This document shows, piece by piece, positions 36,817-46,798 of a stretch of 64,000 bases of DNA (position 1 is its first letter; every line of letters starts with the position of its first letter). Below the pieces are notes generated by a model. It was not told where the DNA came from and ran no database searches. It saw only the letters and a program-made list of their open reading frames with translations. Both the position numbers and the translations under genes were made by a program. The DNA is from Deltaproteobacteria bacterium (GTDB taxonomy: Bacteria > Myxococcota_A > UBA9160 > SMWR01). The stretch lies in contig JAQBGU010000034.1 of NCBI GenBank assembly GCA_032128375.1, forward strand, positions 1 through 64,000, in the 5' to 3' direction.

Positions 36817-37886
36817 CGCGCCACGCCATTCGGGATCGAATCGCGAACGAATACCGCTACATCGCGAATGATTTCTCTGGCGCCCGCAGCCGCGCAAGCG
36901 GCGCCTGTCGGAGCTGGGAATCGAAACTGGTCGAGACGACGAAGCAGCAGCACAAAGCCCGGCCAACGCGAGGTTGCAGCAAATGGCGGAATAGCGCGCT
37001 CGAGTTCTTCTGTAGTACAGGAGATAGTACAGGAGATAGTACAGGAGATCGTACCGGAGATCGTACTGGAGACCGTACTCGCGGCGTCGCCAACGGCTCG
37101 GCCGAATCGTCGGTCCATGTAGCACCGAAGCGCAACAGACGCGGCTTCGCATGCCGAAATCGGATCGAGGTCGACCCGGTTGAGCGACGCTTCGATGGCC
37201 TCGAGGGCGGTCTGCCAGGGCGGAGAACCCGGAGTGCGTTTGCCAGTGCTCGCAGGGCGCCCGTTCGATTCTCTTCTCGCCAGCCACAACAGGCCCAGGC
37301 ATCCGAGGGTGAAGCCCGCGCCGCCCGCGGCCCATATCCACGGCCGACCCGGCGTGGAATCGACGAGTTCTGGCGGCAACCCGAACGGTGTCAGTTTCCC
37401 GATATATTGGGGGATGATGGATACGACTTCTACGGTCAGGCCGTCCGCAGTCAATGTCTCGACCACACCGTCGCCTTCCACCTCGATCGGTGTCGCTGGC
37501 CACGCGAATTGGCCAACCTCGCGAGGGCGAATGCGTACGCGCGTTCGGTGGATCCAGCGGTTGGGTTCTCTGGCGACGGGAAGTGTTTCGACTTCGAGGA
37601 TCCAAAGACCGGCGACGTTTCGGGGAGTAGCGAATGGGAGCACGCGGTGATTGGGACGGGTGACGACAGCCACCTCGAGCGTTGCGACATCGCCGATTCC
37701 AATCGTGGCCGGCTCGAGGACCCACAGGGCCCGTGATTGGACTGGCGCTTGATAGACGACACTCTTGCCGACGCTGGCGGGATCATCTTCACAGGCCGAC
37801 ATCAGAGCCATCGTCAACACTAGACTCGCTGTGCAAAAAAGTCGGGTCCGCTGCGGCTTCCCGATCGCGATCTCGTGACGCCTCAT
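36813..37886 (-). CDS. MoxR-cluster membrane protein (possible lipoprotein, DUF4381-like)
   Basis: Lipobox-like MSA-C, Ig-like region, TM, then ALRCYMDRRFG..TTEEL; position between DUF58 and BatA. Confidence 0.65.
   Translation of the reverse strand: MRRHEIAIGKPQRTRLFCTASLVLTMALMSACEDDPASVGKSVVYQAPVQSRALWVLEPATIGIGDVATLEVAVVTRPNHRVLPFATPRNVAGLWILEVETLPVAREPNRWIHRTRVRIRPREVGQFAWPATPIEVEGDGVVETLTADGLTVEVVSIIPQYIGKLTPFGLPPELVDSTPGRPWIWAAGGAGFTLGCLGLLWLARRESNGRPASTGKRTPGSPPWQTALEAIEASLNRVDLDPISACEAASVALRCYMDRRFGRAVGDAASTVSSTISGTISCTISCTISCTTEELERAIPPFAATSRWPGFVLLLRRLDQFRFPAPTGAACAAAGAREIIRDVAVFVRDSIPNGVAR
37015..37079. repeat. In-frame 12-bp tandem repeat x5.5 (encodes TISC/TISG repeats)
   Basis: GTACAGGAGATA-like units read directly. 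Confidence 0.9.
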
Positions 37887-38863
37887 GTCACAGCCTGGGA
37901 GCGTCGATTGGCTCGTTCTCGGAAGAAGCGGCCCAACGAATAGAGCGGGCTTCGATCGGTACGCAGCCACAGTGGCTCCACACCGCTGCGACGAAACTCC
38001 GTTTCGAGCCGTCGACGCGCCGTCTCACACGCGTCGCGATAGCGGGCCCGGGAACGCCGCGATCTGGTGTTCATCAGGAGTGAAGAGCCGGGTCGCTCGG
38101 GGTCTTCGACCCGAATCATCCCTACCTTTGGCAACTCGATCTCTCGCGGATCGATCAGCACGGCGGCGATCACATCGTGGACTCGTGCGAGTCGCGTCAG
38201 CTCGGAACGCAGACGCGGTCTCGGAGCGGTATTCTCCCCCGGCGGTGGAGATGGGAGCAGCGCTTCGTCCCGGAAATCCGAGAACAGGATCACGATCGAG
38301 CGCTTTCGGGTTCGGACTCTGAGTGCGCGAAGTCCTGATCCGAGCTGTGTCGTGCCATGACTCACGCTTGCGGCAGACACGGCAAAGCGAATCAAACTCC
38401 ATGTGTGGGCCATACCGCGGCCGACCGCCACCCGCCCGCGGACCTGCGAATCGAAACACACCAGACCGCTGGAATCGCCGGTCCGTCCAGAGGCCGCGGC
38501 GATCAGCGCCAGCGCGTGAACCGCAGTGGCAGCCTTTGCATGACCGGTAGTGCCGAAACGCATCGACGCCGATGTATCGAGTCCAAACAGCAAGGTCTGG
38601 TTGCGCTCTTCGCGAAAGCGTTTGACGAACGGTTTTCCGGCGCGAGCGGTGGCGTTCCAATCGAGTGTGCGGATGTCGTCGCCGGCGACATAGGGACGAG
38701 ACTCTTCGAACTCGAGCCCCGAGCCGCGAAAAGCGCTCACGTAGTTTCCAGCGAAGAGGCCGGTTGCTTCGCGTTGGCTGCGAACGACCAAGAGCCGCGC
38801 CGCTCGTGCGAGGTCGCCCGAAGACACCCCAATGGGCAGCGGCTGTGGTGAGAACGGTTTCAT
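37883..38863 (-). CDS. DUF58 family protein
   Basis: SAFRGSGLEFEESRPYVAGDDIRTLDWNATAR, VKRFREER, DTSASM, SDF. Confidence 0.92.
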   Translation of the reverse strand: MKPFSPQPLPIGVSSGDLARAARLLVVRSQREATGLFAGNYVSAFRGSGLEFEESRPYVAGDDIRTLDWNATARAGKPFVKRFREERNQTLLFGLDTSASMRFGTTGHAKAATAVHALALIAAASGRTGDSSGLVCFDSQVRGRVAVGRGMAHTWSLIRFAVSAASVSHGTTQLGSGLRALRVRTRKRSIVILFSDFRDEALLPSPPPGENTAPRPRLRSELTRLARVHDVIAAVLIDPREIELPKVGMIRVEDPERPGSSLLMNTRSRRSRARYRDACETARRRLETEFRRSGVEPLWLRTDRSPLYSLGRFFRERANRRSQAVT

Positions 38864-38899
38864 CGCGACTGCCTGCCTCCGCGTATTGCCGTAATCCTG

Positions 38900-39976
38900 C
38901 TAGGGGGTTTCGACCGCTGCCAGAATGGCATCGACGACCGCATCGGGTCGAATGCCATCGGCTTCGGCCTCGTAGGTGAGCACGATTCGATGGCGCAGAA
39001 CGTCCGGCGCCACACGTTTGATGTCGTGCGGCGTCGCATAGTCGCGACCATCGAGCAGCGCGCGTACCCGCGCTGCGCGAATCAGATACATCGACCCGCG
39101 TGGCGACGCGCCCAGCGCAACGCAAGCTTCCGGCGCGGTGCCAGCGGGCGCGTGGATTCTGGCTCCCGCGCCGGCCGGATCTCGGGTCGCGCGGGCGAGT
39201 CTGACCGCGTAGTCCACCAGAGAGGACGCCGCGTGGATTTTCGAAGCGGCCACTTGAATGGACGCGACCGTCTCGGGCTTCAGTGCGGTGACGGTTTCGA
39301 CGGCGGGCTTTGCATCGCGGAGTACGATTTCGCGCTCGTCCGCTTCTTCGGGGTAGGGGACTACGAGATTCACCAAGAATCGATCGATTTGCGCTTCCGG
39401 CAGTGGGTAGGTGCCCTCGAGCTCAGCGGGATTCTGGGTCGCCATTACGAAGAACGGTTCCGGCAGCTTGAAGGTCTGATCGCCGATCGTGACTTGTCGC
39501 TCTTCCATCGCCTCGAGCAGTGCCGATTGCACTTTGGCCGGTGCACGATTGATTTCATCTGCAAGCAGGACGGGTGCGAAAATGGGTCCTTTGCGAACCA
39601 CGAACGTGCGCGTGTCCGGCACGAAGATTGGCGTTCCAATCAGATCCGCGGGTAACAGGTCCGGCGTGAACTGGATCCGGCCGAATCCGAGCCCGAGGGC
39701 CTGCGCCAGCGTGCGCACCGCGGTGGTCTTGGCGAGGCCTGGAACTCCCTCGACCAGCGCGTGACCACCCGCGAACAGAGCAATCAGCAAGCCATCGATC
39801 AGGTTCGTCTGACCGACGACCACACGGCCGATCTGGCCACGCAAAGTTTGAATCGACTCTTGAATATTCGACGCGTGTGCATCGGACACATGTGTGCCGG
39901 ATAGACGTGAATCGGACGTGCCTGAGACGGACGCATGTGTAGTGGACGAGTGTGTTACCAGTTTGCTGTCGCTCAT
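38900..39976 (-). CDS. moxR: MoxR family AAA+ ATPase
   Basis: EGVPGLAKT, RIQFTPDLLPAD, DEINRAPAKVQSALLEAMEE, ATQNP, LPEAQIDRF, GASPR. Confidence 0.94.
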   Translation of the reverse strand: MSDSKLVTHSSTTHASVSGTSDSRLSGTHVSDAHASNIQESIQTLRGQIGRVVVGQTNLIDGLLIALFAGGHALVEGVPGLAKTTAVRTLAQALGLGFGRIQFTPDLLPADLIGTPIFVPDTRTFVVRKGPIFAPVLLADEINRAPAKVQSALLEAMEERQVTIGDQTFKLPEPFFVMATQNPAELEGTYPLPEAQIDRFLVNLVVPYPEEADEREIVLRDAKPAVETVTALKPETVASIQVAASKIHAASSLVDYAVRLARATRDPAGAGARIHAPAGTAPEACVALGASPRGSMYLIRAARVRALLDGRDYATPHDIKRVAPDVLRHRIVLTYEAEADGIRPDAVVDAILAAVETP

Positions 39977-40021
39977 GATTGAATCCGGCTTCTTCGGGTT
40001 CGCCTCGGACCGTTTTCGGCT

Positions 40022-40519
40022 TCAGTTTCGTTTGTCGATTCGCGCCACGATGATGGAGGTCCGAACGCGGGGGATTTCCCGCAGCCGAACGACCTGGCCT
40101 CCCCAGCTCTCGACGTCCTGACGCCCGACAATTTCATTGAGTTTCCAATCTCCACCTTTGGCAAGCACATCCGGTCGCAGCGTGCAAATCAGCGACTTGG
40201 GGGTCGCATCTCGAAAGCAAACCACCCAGTCCACGCAAGCGAGCGCTGCCAGGACTTCTGCACGCTGTCTGCAGGAAACGATGGGATGCCCACTACCCTT
40301 TATACGCCGCACGCTGGCATCGGTGTTCACCGCGACGACGAGTCGGTCGCCCAGACCCCGCGCCTGTTCGAGGCTGCGAACATGGCCGATGTGAAGGAGA
40401 TCGAAGCAGCCGTTGGTGAAGACCACCCGTTCGCCACGGCCCTGCGCGTTGCGGACGGCATCGGCCGCGCGCAGTCGCGACAGCACCTTGGCCCGCGCGC
40501 AGAGGAGTGATCGACTCAT
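40022..40519 (-). CDS. rfaE2: D-glycero-beta-D-manno-heptose 1-phosphate adenylyltransferase
   Basis: VVFTNGCFDLLHIGH, VNTDASVRRIKG, PDVLAKGGDW. Confidence 0.92.
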   Translation of the reverse strand: MSRSLLCARAKVLSRLRAADAVRNAQGRGERVVFTNGCFDLLHIGHVRSLEQARGLGDRLVVAVNTDASVRRIKGSGHPIVSCRQRAEVLAALACVDWVVCFRDATPKSLICTLRPDVLAKGGDWKLNEIVGRQDVESWGGQVVRLREIPRVRTSIIVARIDKRN

Positions 40520-43416
40520 GATGCTCCTTGCGGCCGGCGGGTTTCAGGCGTGAATTCAGGGGTGAATTCAGGGGTGAGTTCAGGGGTGAATTGTGGGGCG
40601 AAGTGGGGGGCGAAGTTGGGGTCGAAGTGCGAGTCGAAGTGGGGGTCGGGTTCGGTCGGGCCAGCAGGCTGTGCTGGGGGTTCAGACCGGCTCGGATTCA
40701 CGAGCGATCCCAACGCCCGAATTCCGCGCATGACGAAATGCGGAACACCCTGAAGCACCTGGCTCACAGAGCCCGCGGAACTCGGTAGCAAGATGGGCTC
40801 GACCATCGGGTCCGCCCAGGCGCCCGAAACCTCGAAGGCAGCGGCAACGAGGTTCTCGTCCGTACCGAGCAGCATTCGATTGAGAATCGGAATTTTCCCC
40901 AGTACGCGGTCGAGCTTCCTGAACAAGAACACGTAGACGAGAGCGTCGATGGTCTTGATCGGATCGGCAAGCTCCAGCTCGCCGGATGCCACGATGCCGA
41001 TTCTCGGCCCGTCGAGTGAGAACGACGCCGAATACAGCCGTCCAGCGCCGAATTCGAGGAGGCTTTCGACCCGATTGAATGGGACGATATCGCTCGGATC
41101 ATATGAGTCGAGCTTGGCGGCTGCCTCGGCGATCGCGACCACCGGCGATGTCACCTTGCGGATCAGGCCATCGACCGCCTTCAAATCGAGCAGACCACTC
41201 AGCTGGGAGAAGAACGAAGTTCCGGGCTGCAGCACCCCTTCGAAGCTGCCATCGAGATTCATGCGTCCCTCGATCTGCCGCTTCGGTAGGCCCACCAGCT
41301 TCGCGATCGCCGAACCGTCGCCATCGACCAGTCCGAAGTTGACGCGAAAGGGAACTGCCCCTTGCACCGACAGGTCGAGCAGGCCATCGGCTCGCGCGCG
41401 GCCGGTCGGGGCCAGCTGGATCTCGAGTTCCCGGATGCGGACCTGTCCCCCCGTCGCGACGAAGTGCCCGTGGGCTTCGTCCTGCTGCCAGAGTCTGCCC
41501 AGAATCTCACCCACGCCGAACTTGCCGCGCGCCCAGCCGCCGCCGTGTGTTGGAGCGCTCGGCGCGGTTCGCGGCGCGGTGGCAGAGAGCTGGACAGAGA
41601 CGCGCTCGCTGGGCTCGAACCGCCAATCCGCTTCGACTTCGATCGGGACGCCGGCCCAGATCGCATGCTTGGATTCAATGTGCACACCGTCGGTCTCTGC
41701 GACGATCGTCGCAGAGACGTCCCACAGCGGCCACAAGAACAGCGGATGCTCGAGGAATTCGATCTCGAGACTGACGCGGGTCCGGTTGTGGGGTCGAGAC
41801 TCAGCCTCGGCCGAATCCGGGCGCGGGCGCAGGCTCTGCCACAAAGTATCGAGTCCAAACAGCGGCAACGCCTGTGAGTTCATCTCGCGTAGTTGAGGAT
41901 TGCCCGCCAGAAAATTCGGAAATCCCTCGATCGTGACGTCCAGCAAGGGGAGGGGGCGGCCATTGAGCACGGCCGTGGCATCGACGATTTCCAGCCGGTC
42001 GCCGACCCAGTGGAGCTCTGCCGCCAAGTCTTCCAATTGGTTCGCATCGCCGAAGCGCGCGACCACAGCGGCGAGCTTCACCTGCATCGAAAACCCGTCC
42101 GGGACGCGCCGGGAGCGGCCGGCGAGCAGATCCTGCCATCCGTGAAGTGTTGTTCGGCCGCGAGCCCGAAGCGTTTCGAGGAGTCCGCTGGCCAACGGTG
42201 CCACTACCCCTGCAGCTTCTTCGCGCTCGATTTCGGGGAGCCAACTGATCAGGTGGCGGGCTTGACCCAAATCCAGTTTGTCCAGGTCCAGTTCGAGCAT
42301 CGCGACAGAATCCGCGCTCAGCGGCCGTGATACCTCCCCTTCGACGCGCAAGCTCGTATCTTGGGTGGTGACCTGGAAGTCGTACAGTCTGGCGCGCTGC
42401 GGATCGATTTCGAGGGTTCCGACGAAGTTGATCTGCGGTGAATGGATCATCTCGAGCGACTTATCGGGGTCCGAAACGGAGCTGACCAGGTTTCGGCAGG
42501 TCAGGTCTGCCTGCAACCGGCCGGTGCCGGCTTCCGCGGTCTCGTAGATCCACTGGCCGCTGAGTCGGCCTGAAATTTCGGCCTTTGGGTGAAGCTCTCG
42601 CAGGTAGCGCGTGCCCGACGCGAGCTCCAGCGAGTCCACGCCGAGCGAGATTCGAATTTCACCGTCTTTGTCGCGGTGGCCGACGAGTTTGATCGACCCG
42701 TGATTTCGGCCGCCCTCGCTCAACTGGCCACTCACGGAGAACTCGCTGCCGCCGCTGAACCGATGATGGACCAGCTGGCCGGCCACATTCACCAATTCCA
42801 ATACACCGTGTTCGGGGGTGAGTTCGTCTTCGAACGAGATCCGAACGTCGCGCAGTTCCAGGATCCTGGCTGCAGGTGGCGCCAGCAGCACCCGCCGCAC
42901 CAGGGTCTCCAGCGAGATCAGCGGAGCCAGTAGCTCGTCCGGGTTCGAAGGCCGCGATGAGGAGAGCTGCCCGTCCACGCCGCTGGTCGATCCGACCGGA
43001 CGCAAAGCGCCGCTGGTTCCGATCGAGGACAGACGCAGACGGACTCCTTCGAGCTGTAGCCGCCGGAGCTCAATTCCGCCGCCGACAAGCGACAGCGCGT
43101 CGATCGATCCCATGACTCGTTCGATCTCGAGCCCGTGACCGCCCGGTGTGGGCCAAGCCGAGATGCCCCCGCCCTCGACTCGCACGAATGTGCCGGGTGA
43201 GATGCGGAGCTGACGCACCGACACTTGCGTCCCGAGCGCTCCGCTCAGCCGGCGCTCTAGCTCGGAAAGAACTTGGTCGGGGCCAAAACTCCTCGCCAAG
43301 AACGATCCGGCGATCACGGCAATCGCGAACAGCGCAGCAATCGCGAAAATTCCGGCCCGGTATCGCCTCACGATCCTCCTTACACCCACCACGCACCCAC
43401 CACGCACACCGATCAT
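40516..43416 (-). CDS. AsmA-like / DUF3971 envelope protein
   Basis: N-terminal TM anchor, long beta-rich body, C-terminal LGKIPILNRMLLG...FEVSGAWADP typical of AsmA-like C-termini; start uncertain. Confidence 0.75.
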   Translation of the reverse strand: MIGVRGGCVVGVRRIVRRYRAGIFAIAALFAIAVIAGSFLARSFGPDQVLSELERRLSGALGTQVSVRQLRISPGTFVRVEGGGISAWPTPGGHGLEIERVMGSIDALSLVGGGIELRRLQLEGVRLRLSSIGTSGALRPVGSTSGVDGQLSSSRPSNPDELLAPLISLETLVRRVLLAPPAARILELRDVRISFEDELTPEHGVLELVNVAGQLVHHRFSGGSEFSVSGQLSEGGRNHGSIKLVGHRDKDGEIRISLGVDSLELASGTRYLRELHPKAEISGRLSGQWIYETAEAGTGRLQADLTCRNLVSSVSDPDKSLEMIHSPQINFVGTLEIDPQRARLYDFQVTTQDTSLRVEGEVSRPLSADSVAMLELDLDKLDLGQARHLISWLPEIEREEAAGVVAPLASGLLETLRARGRTTLHGWQDLLAGRSRRVPDGFSMQVKLAAVVARFGDANQLEDLAAELHWVGDRLEIVDATAVLNGRPLPLLDVTIEGFPNFLAGNPQLREMNSQALPLFGLDTLWQSLRPRPDSAEAESRPHNRTRVSLEIEFLEHPLFLWPLWDVSATIVAETDGVHIESKHAIWAGVPIEVEADWRFEPSERVSVQLSATAPRTAPSAPTHGGGWARGKFGVGEILGRLWQQDEAHGHFVATGGQVRIRELEIQLAPTGRARADGLLDLSVQGAVPFRVNFGLVDGDGSAIAKLVGLPKRQIEGRMNLDGSFEGVLQPGTSFFSQLSGLLDLKAVDGLIRKVTSPVVAIAEAAAKLDSYDPSDIVPFNRVESLLEFGAGRLYSASFSLDGPRIGIVASGELELADPIKTIDALVYVFLFRKLDRVLGKIPILNRMLLGTDENLVAAAFEVSGAWADPMVEPILLPSSAGSVSQVLQGVPHFVMRGIRALGSLVNPSRSEPPAQPAGPTEPDPHFDSHFDPNFAPHFAPQFTPELTPEFTPEFTPETRRPQGAS
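40543..40647. repeat. In-frame degenerate 12-bp tandem repeat (PHFD/PHFA/PEFT repeats)
   Basis: GGGGTGAATTCA-like units at the 3' end of the AsmA-like gene. Confidence 0.85.
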
Positions 43417-43671
43417 TGCGCCTTGCAGGCTCGTTGTCGCCCGTGCTCCCCTCGGGGATGTTCCACAGGAACGCTTGTCCAGTGTTTCTGGCTGGACTTC
43501 TGCCTGTTGCCGAACCCTAGTTGAGTTCCATCAATGTGTTGTTCTCATGCGTTCGGAAGGTGCATCTCCCGGTGGCTATTGAGGTTGCCAAAGCTGCCCT
43601 CGAGGTTCGGCGAGAACCCGCCAACATCGCATTCCCACTAAAGAATTCCCACGTACGGTCGAAACACCACA

Positions 43672-43691
43672 CAGTTGATTCGACTCAACTG
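43672..43691. promoter_or_regulatory. Palindrome CAGTTGA-N6-TCAACTG upstream of the XRE regulator
   Basis: Perfect 7-bp arms about 40 nt before the start codon. Confidence 0.45.
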
Positions 43692-43729
43692 AAGGCACTG
43701 GAGTCGAGAGTTCTAGTAAGGAGTGCGAC

Positions 43730-44002
43730 GTGGAAGATAATGGATCACAAGCGATTCGGAAGAATCGCGTTCGCGAGCTGCGGGAGAATCGCCTGATGAC
43801 CCAGGCGCAGCTGGCACGAAAAGCGAAGGTCGCGCTGCGTACGATTCACAGTGTCGAAAAGGGTATGAACTGCCGCATGGACACCAAGCGGAAGATCCTT
43901 CTCGCGTTGGGATTGCGGTTCGAGGACAAGGACCAGGTCTTTCCGTCCAACTATCCTTCGAACCCGCTGATGCCAACAGAACCGAACCGGTCAGCGTTTT
44001 GA
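43730..44002 (+). CDS. XRE-family HTH transcriptional regulator
   Basis: NRVRELRE..MTQAQLARKAKVALRTIHSVEKG..CRMDTKRKILLALG; SD AAGGAG. Confidence 0.9.
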   Translation: MEDNGSQAIRKNRVRELRENRLMTQAQLARKAKVALRTIHSVEKGMNCRMDTKRKILLALGLRFEDKDQVFPSNYPSNPLMPTEPNRSAF

Positions 44003-44185
44003 CCCCAGGCTCTTTCGACTGATCGCTCCGGTATAGTGGTCGTTGGTCGCTGACCAACACCGGACGCACGCGGGTGCGACCAGATTGCATCTGGGTGCAG
44101 TGATGCGGCAAGATCTCTAGACGGGTTCAGACTTCGGTTCCCTGACGGCCTACCGTTCGGGCGTTGGCCCGCGGGAGGGATCGTC

Positions 44186-46600
44186 ATTCCGGACCGCGTC
44201 ACGCTGCTGGCCGATGTCGCCGAGATCGTTTCTCGATCGCACGACCTCAACGAGACTTTGAGCAACGTCGTCGAACTAGTCGCCAAGCGGCTGGATGCCG
44301 ACGCCTGCTCGCTGTACTTGTGCGGAGCCGAGCTGACCACCTTGTCGCTCGAGGCGACGATTGGACTCAACCAGGAAGCGGTGGGGATCGTCTCGCTCGC
44401 GTTCGGGGATGGTCTGGTTGGCCTCGCAGCGAAGACCGGACAGCCCGTCGTCATCGCCCACGCTCGTGAGCATCCGAGCTACGCGTACTTCGCCGAGACG
44501 GGCGAGGAGCGCTTCGAATCTTTGATGGCCGTGCCGTTGATCTTCCGTGGCGTGACGATCGGTGTTCTGGCGGTTCAGACGATCGTTCCCCGTGAGTTCG
44601 AATCCAACGATGTCGAGATCTTCAAGACCTGCGCGCAACTGCTCGCACCGGTTGTGATCAATGCGCGGCTGTTGGCGTTGGTGGGCCTTTCAGACGAAGA
44701 CAGCGATCGCGTCAATGCGGAGCTCGCGCTCACTGGAATACCCGCGCCCCGCGAGGCGAACGTTCGCACCAAGCAGCACAACATCGAATATCGCGGCATC
44801 GCGACGTCCCGCGGCATCGCGATCGGTCCGATCTATCGGCTCGAAACACCACTCGATCTCGAACACCTCGCCTACACACCGAGTTCCGATCCGGAGCAGG
44901 AGGTGCGCGATCTGCTGGAAGCGATTGCCGATGCGCGCCGCGAACTCGATGGCGTGCAAGACGAACTCGGTGCGAAGTTCGGCCTCGACCTCGCGGCGGT
45001 CTTCCAGACGCATATCCAGATCCTCGAGGACAAGGGCTTCATCGCCAAGCTGAGCGATGAGGCGCGACGGACCGGCAACGCGCTGCATGCGCTCCAGAAT
45101 GTGTTGTCGGCGTACCGCAAGACCTTCGAGCGGATCGCCGACCCGTATTTTCGCGAGCGGGTCATCGATGTCGAGGACGTGGGCCAACGCGTGATGGAGC
45201 GGTTGCTCGGCGAACGCCTTCACATCCCGCCATTGATGGACGGTGCGATCGTTGTCGCGAACAACATCATGCCCGGTCTATTCGCGCGACTCGAGGTTGA
45301 CAAGATCGCTGCCATGGTCTCCGAACATGGTGGCGCCACGTCGCACGGGGCCATTTTTGCGCGCACACTCGAGATCCCGGCCGTCACCGGCATCTCGGGC
45401 ATTCAAGAAGCGGTGCGATCGGGCGAGCTGGCCGTCGTCGATGGCGACGACGGGTTGCTCTATCTGTCTCCCGACGAAGGGCTGCTTTCGGAATTTCGGC
45501 GAGCACAACAACAGTTCGCGGTTGCGATCGAGCATCTCGATGCGCTGCGCAACCGACCCGCCGAGACCCGAGACGGGCGGCGCGTGCACCTGACTGCGAA
45601 CGTCGGCCTCGCGAGTGACTTGAGACTGGTCGAGCGGCATGGTGCGGATGGCGTCGGATTGTTCCGGACCGAAATCCTGGCGCTGGCCCAGCGCGGCTTC
45701 CCGAGTGAAGAAGAACAGGCAGAACTCTACGCCCGAGTAGCGTCAGCGCTGGCGCCGCGGTCCCTCACAATTCGCACTCACGATCTCGGCGGCGACAAGG
45801 AACTGGCTAACGTTGGCGTCGGACTCGAGGACAACCCGCAGCTCGGCTGTCGTTCGATTCGTCTCAGCCTCGGCATCCCATCTGTGTTCAAGGCGCAGAT
45901 CCGCGCGATCTACCGAGCGAGCTCCAACGCCAACGTGCGGATGATGTTGCCGATGATCAGTTCGCTCGAGGAGCTTCGCCGCGCGCGTGTACTGATAGAC
46001 GAAGCGCGGGGCGATCTGGAGCGCAGCGGGTTCGAATTCGACGCGAACATGCCGATCGGCTTGATGATCGAGGTACCGTCGGCCGCCATCAAAGCCGAGG
46101 CGCTCGCCCGAGAATGTGACTTTTTCAGCATCGGAACCAACGATCTGACGCAGTACACGCTCGCGGTCGACCGCGGCAACGAACACGTTGCCCACATCTA
46201 CGATCCACTGCACCCGGCCGTGTTGGCGTTGATCGACATGACTGCCCGCGCAGCGGCCCGGGTGGGGATACCCATATCGGTCTGCGGCGAGATGGCCAGC
46301 GACCCGATCGCGGTTCCGCTGCTGGTCGGTCTGGGAATTCGAGAGCTTTCAGGTACGCCGAGTGCCGTCCCCGTCGTCAAGGAAATCGTCCGAGAACTCG
46401 ATTTCGGGTCTCTCGAGGCCGATTCGAGGCGTGCCCTCGAGGTCGGTACCGCAAACGAAGTGCGCCAGATTGGTGCGGCGCGGTTGGTCGAAGCTGGGCT
46501 GCTCGATCATCCCGACATCGGCGCCTGGCTTCGGGTTATCGTCGAGCGGCTCGGAGTGACGGAGCAGAAGCCGCCCAGGATTCGCCAGTCAGCCAAGTAG
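44186..46600 (+). CDS. ptsP: GAF-domain phosphoenolpyruvate-protein phosphotransferase (EI-Ntr)
   Basis: GAF domain (YFAETGEERF), TSHGAIFAR (phospho-His), GVGLFRTE, DLGGDK, MIEVPS, SIGTNDLTQY, VCGEMA; start inferred at ATT 44186 (first canonical start is 44258). Confidence 0.93.
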   Translation: MPDRVTLLADVAEIVSRSHDLNETLSNVVELVAKRLDADACSLYLCGAELTTLSLEATIGLNQEAVGIVSLAFGDGLVGLAAKTGQPVVIAHAREHPSYAYFAETGEERFESLMAVPLIFRGVTIGVLAVQTIVPREFESNDVEIFKTCAQLLAPVVINARLLALVGLSDEDSDRVNAELALTGIPAPREANVRTKQHNIEYRGIATSRGIAIGPIYRLETPLDLEHLAYTPSSDPEQEVRDLLEAIADARRELDGVQDELGAKFGLDLAAVFQTHIQILEDKGFIAKLSDEARRTGNALHALQNVLSAYRKTFERIADPYFRERVIDVEDVGQRVMERLLGERLHIPPLMDGAIVVANNIMPGLFARLEVDKIAAMVSEHGGATSHGAIFARTLEIPAVTGISGIQEAVRSGELAVVDGDDGLLYLSPDEGLLSEFRRAQQQFAVAIEHLDALRNRPAETRDGRRVHLTANVGLASDLRLVERHGADGVGLFRTEILALAQRGFPSEEEQAELYARVASALAPRSLTIRTHDLGGDKELANVGVGLEDNPQLGCRSIRLSLGIPSVFKAQIRAIYRASSNANVRMMLPMISSLEELRRARVLIDEARGDLERSGFEFDANMPIGLMIEVPSAAIKAEALARECDFFSIGTNDLTQYTLAVDRGNEHVAHIYDPLHPAVLALIDMTARAAARVGIPISVCGEMASDPIAVPLLVGLGIRELSGTPSAVPVVKEIVRELDFGSLEADSRRALEVGTANEVRQIGAARLVEAGLLDHPDIGAWLRVIVERLGVTEQKPPRIRQSAK

Positions 46601-46798
46601 CAGAGGTTCCGGCACACGATTGGTCGACCGAAAAGAGCGGCTGTGGTACCCATGTGCCCGCCCGACTTCCCTGCTCTGGGCAACGCGTTTTCTGCGGTAG
46701 CCGCCCCCTGCTGTCGCGGCCATTTTCAATGCATCGATCGTCGATGAAGTGTGTGGTCGCTGAAGCGAACCATCGATGAAATGAACGGCGAAAAAACG

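Noticed and set aside
36817..37725. N-terminal 300 aa of the 671-aa ORF at 35710..37725
   Set aside because: It overlaps the real upstream gene in another frame and has Arg-rich shadow composition; the VWA gene starts near 36816.
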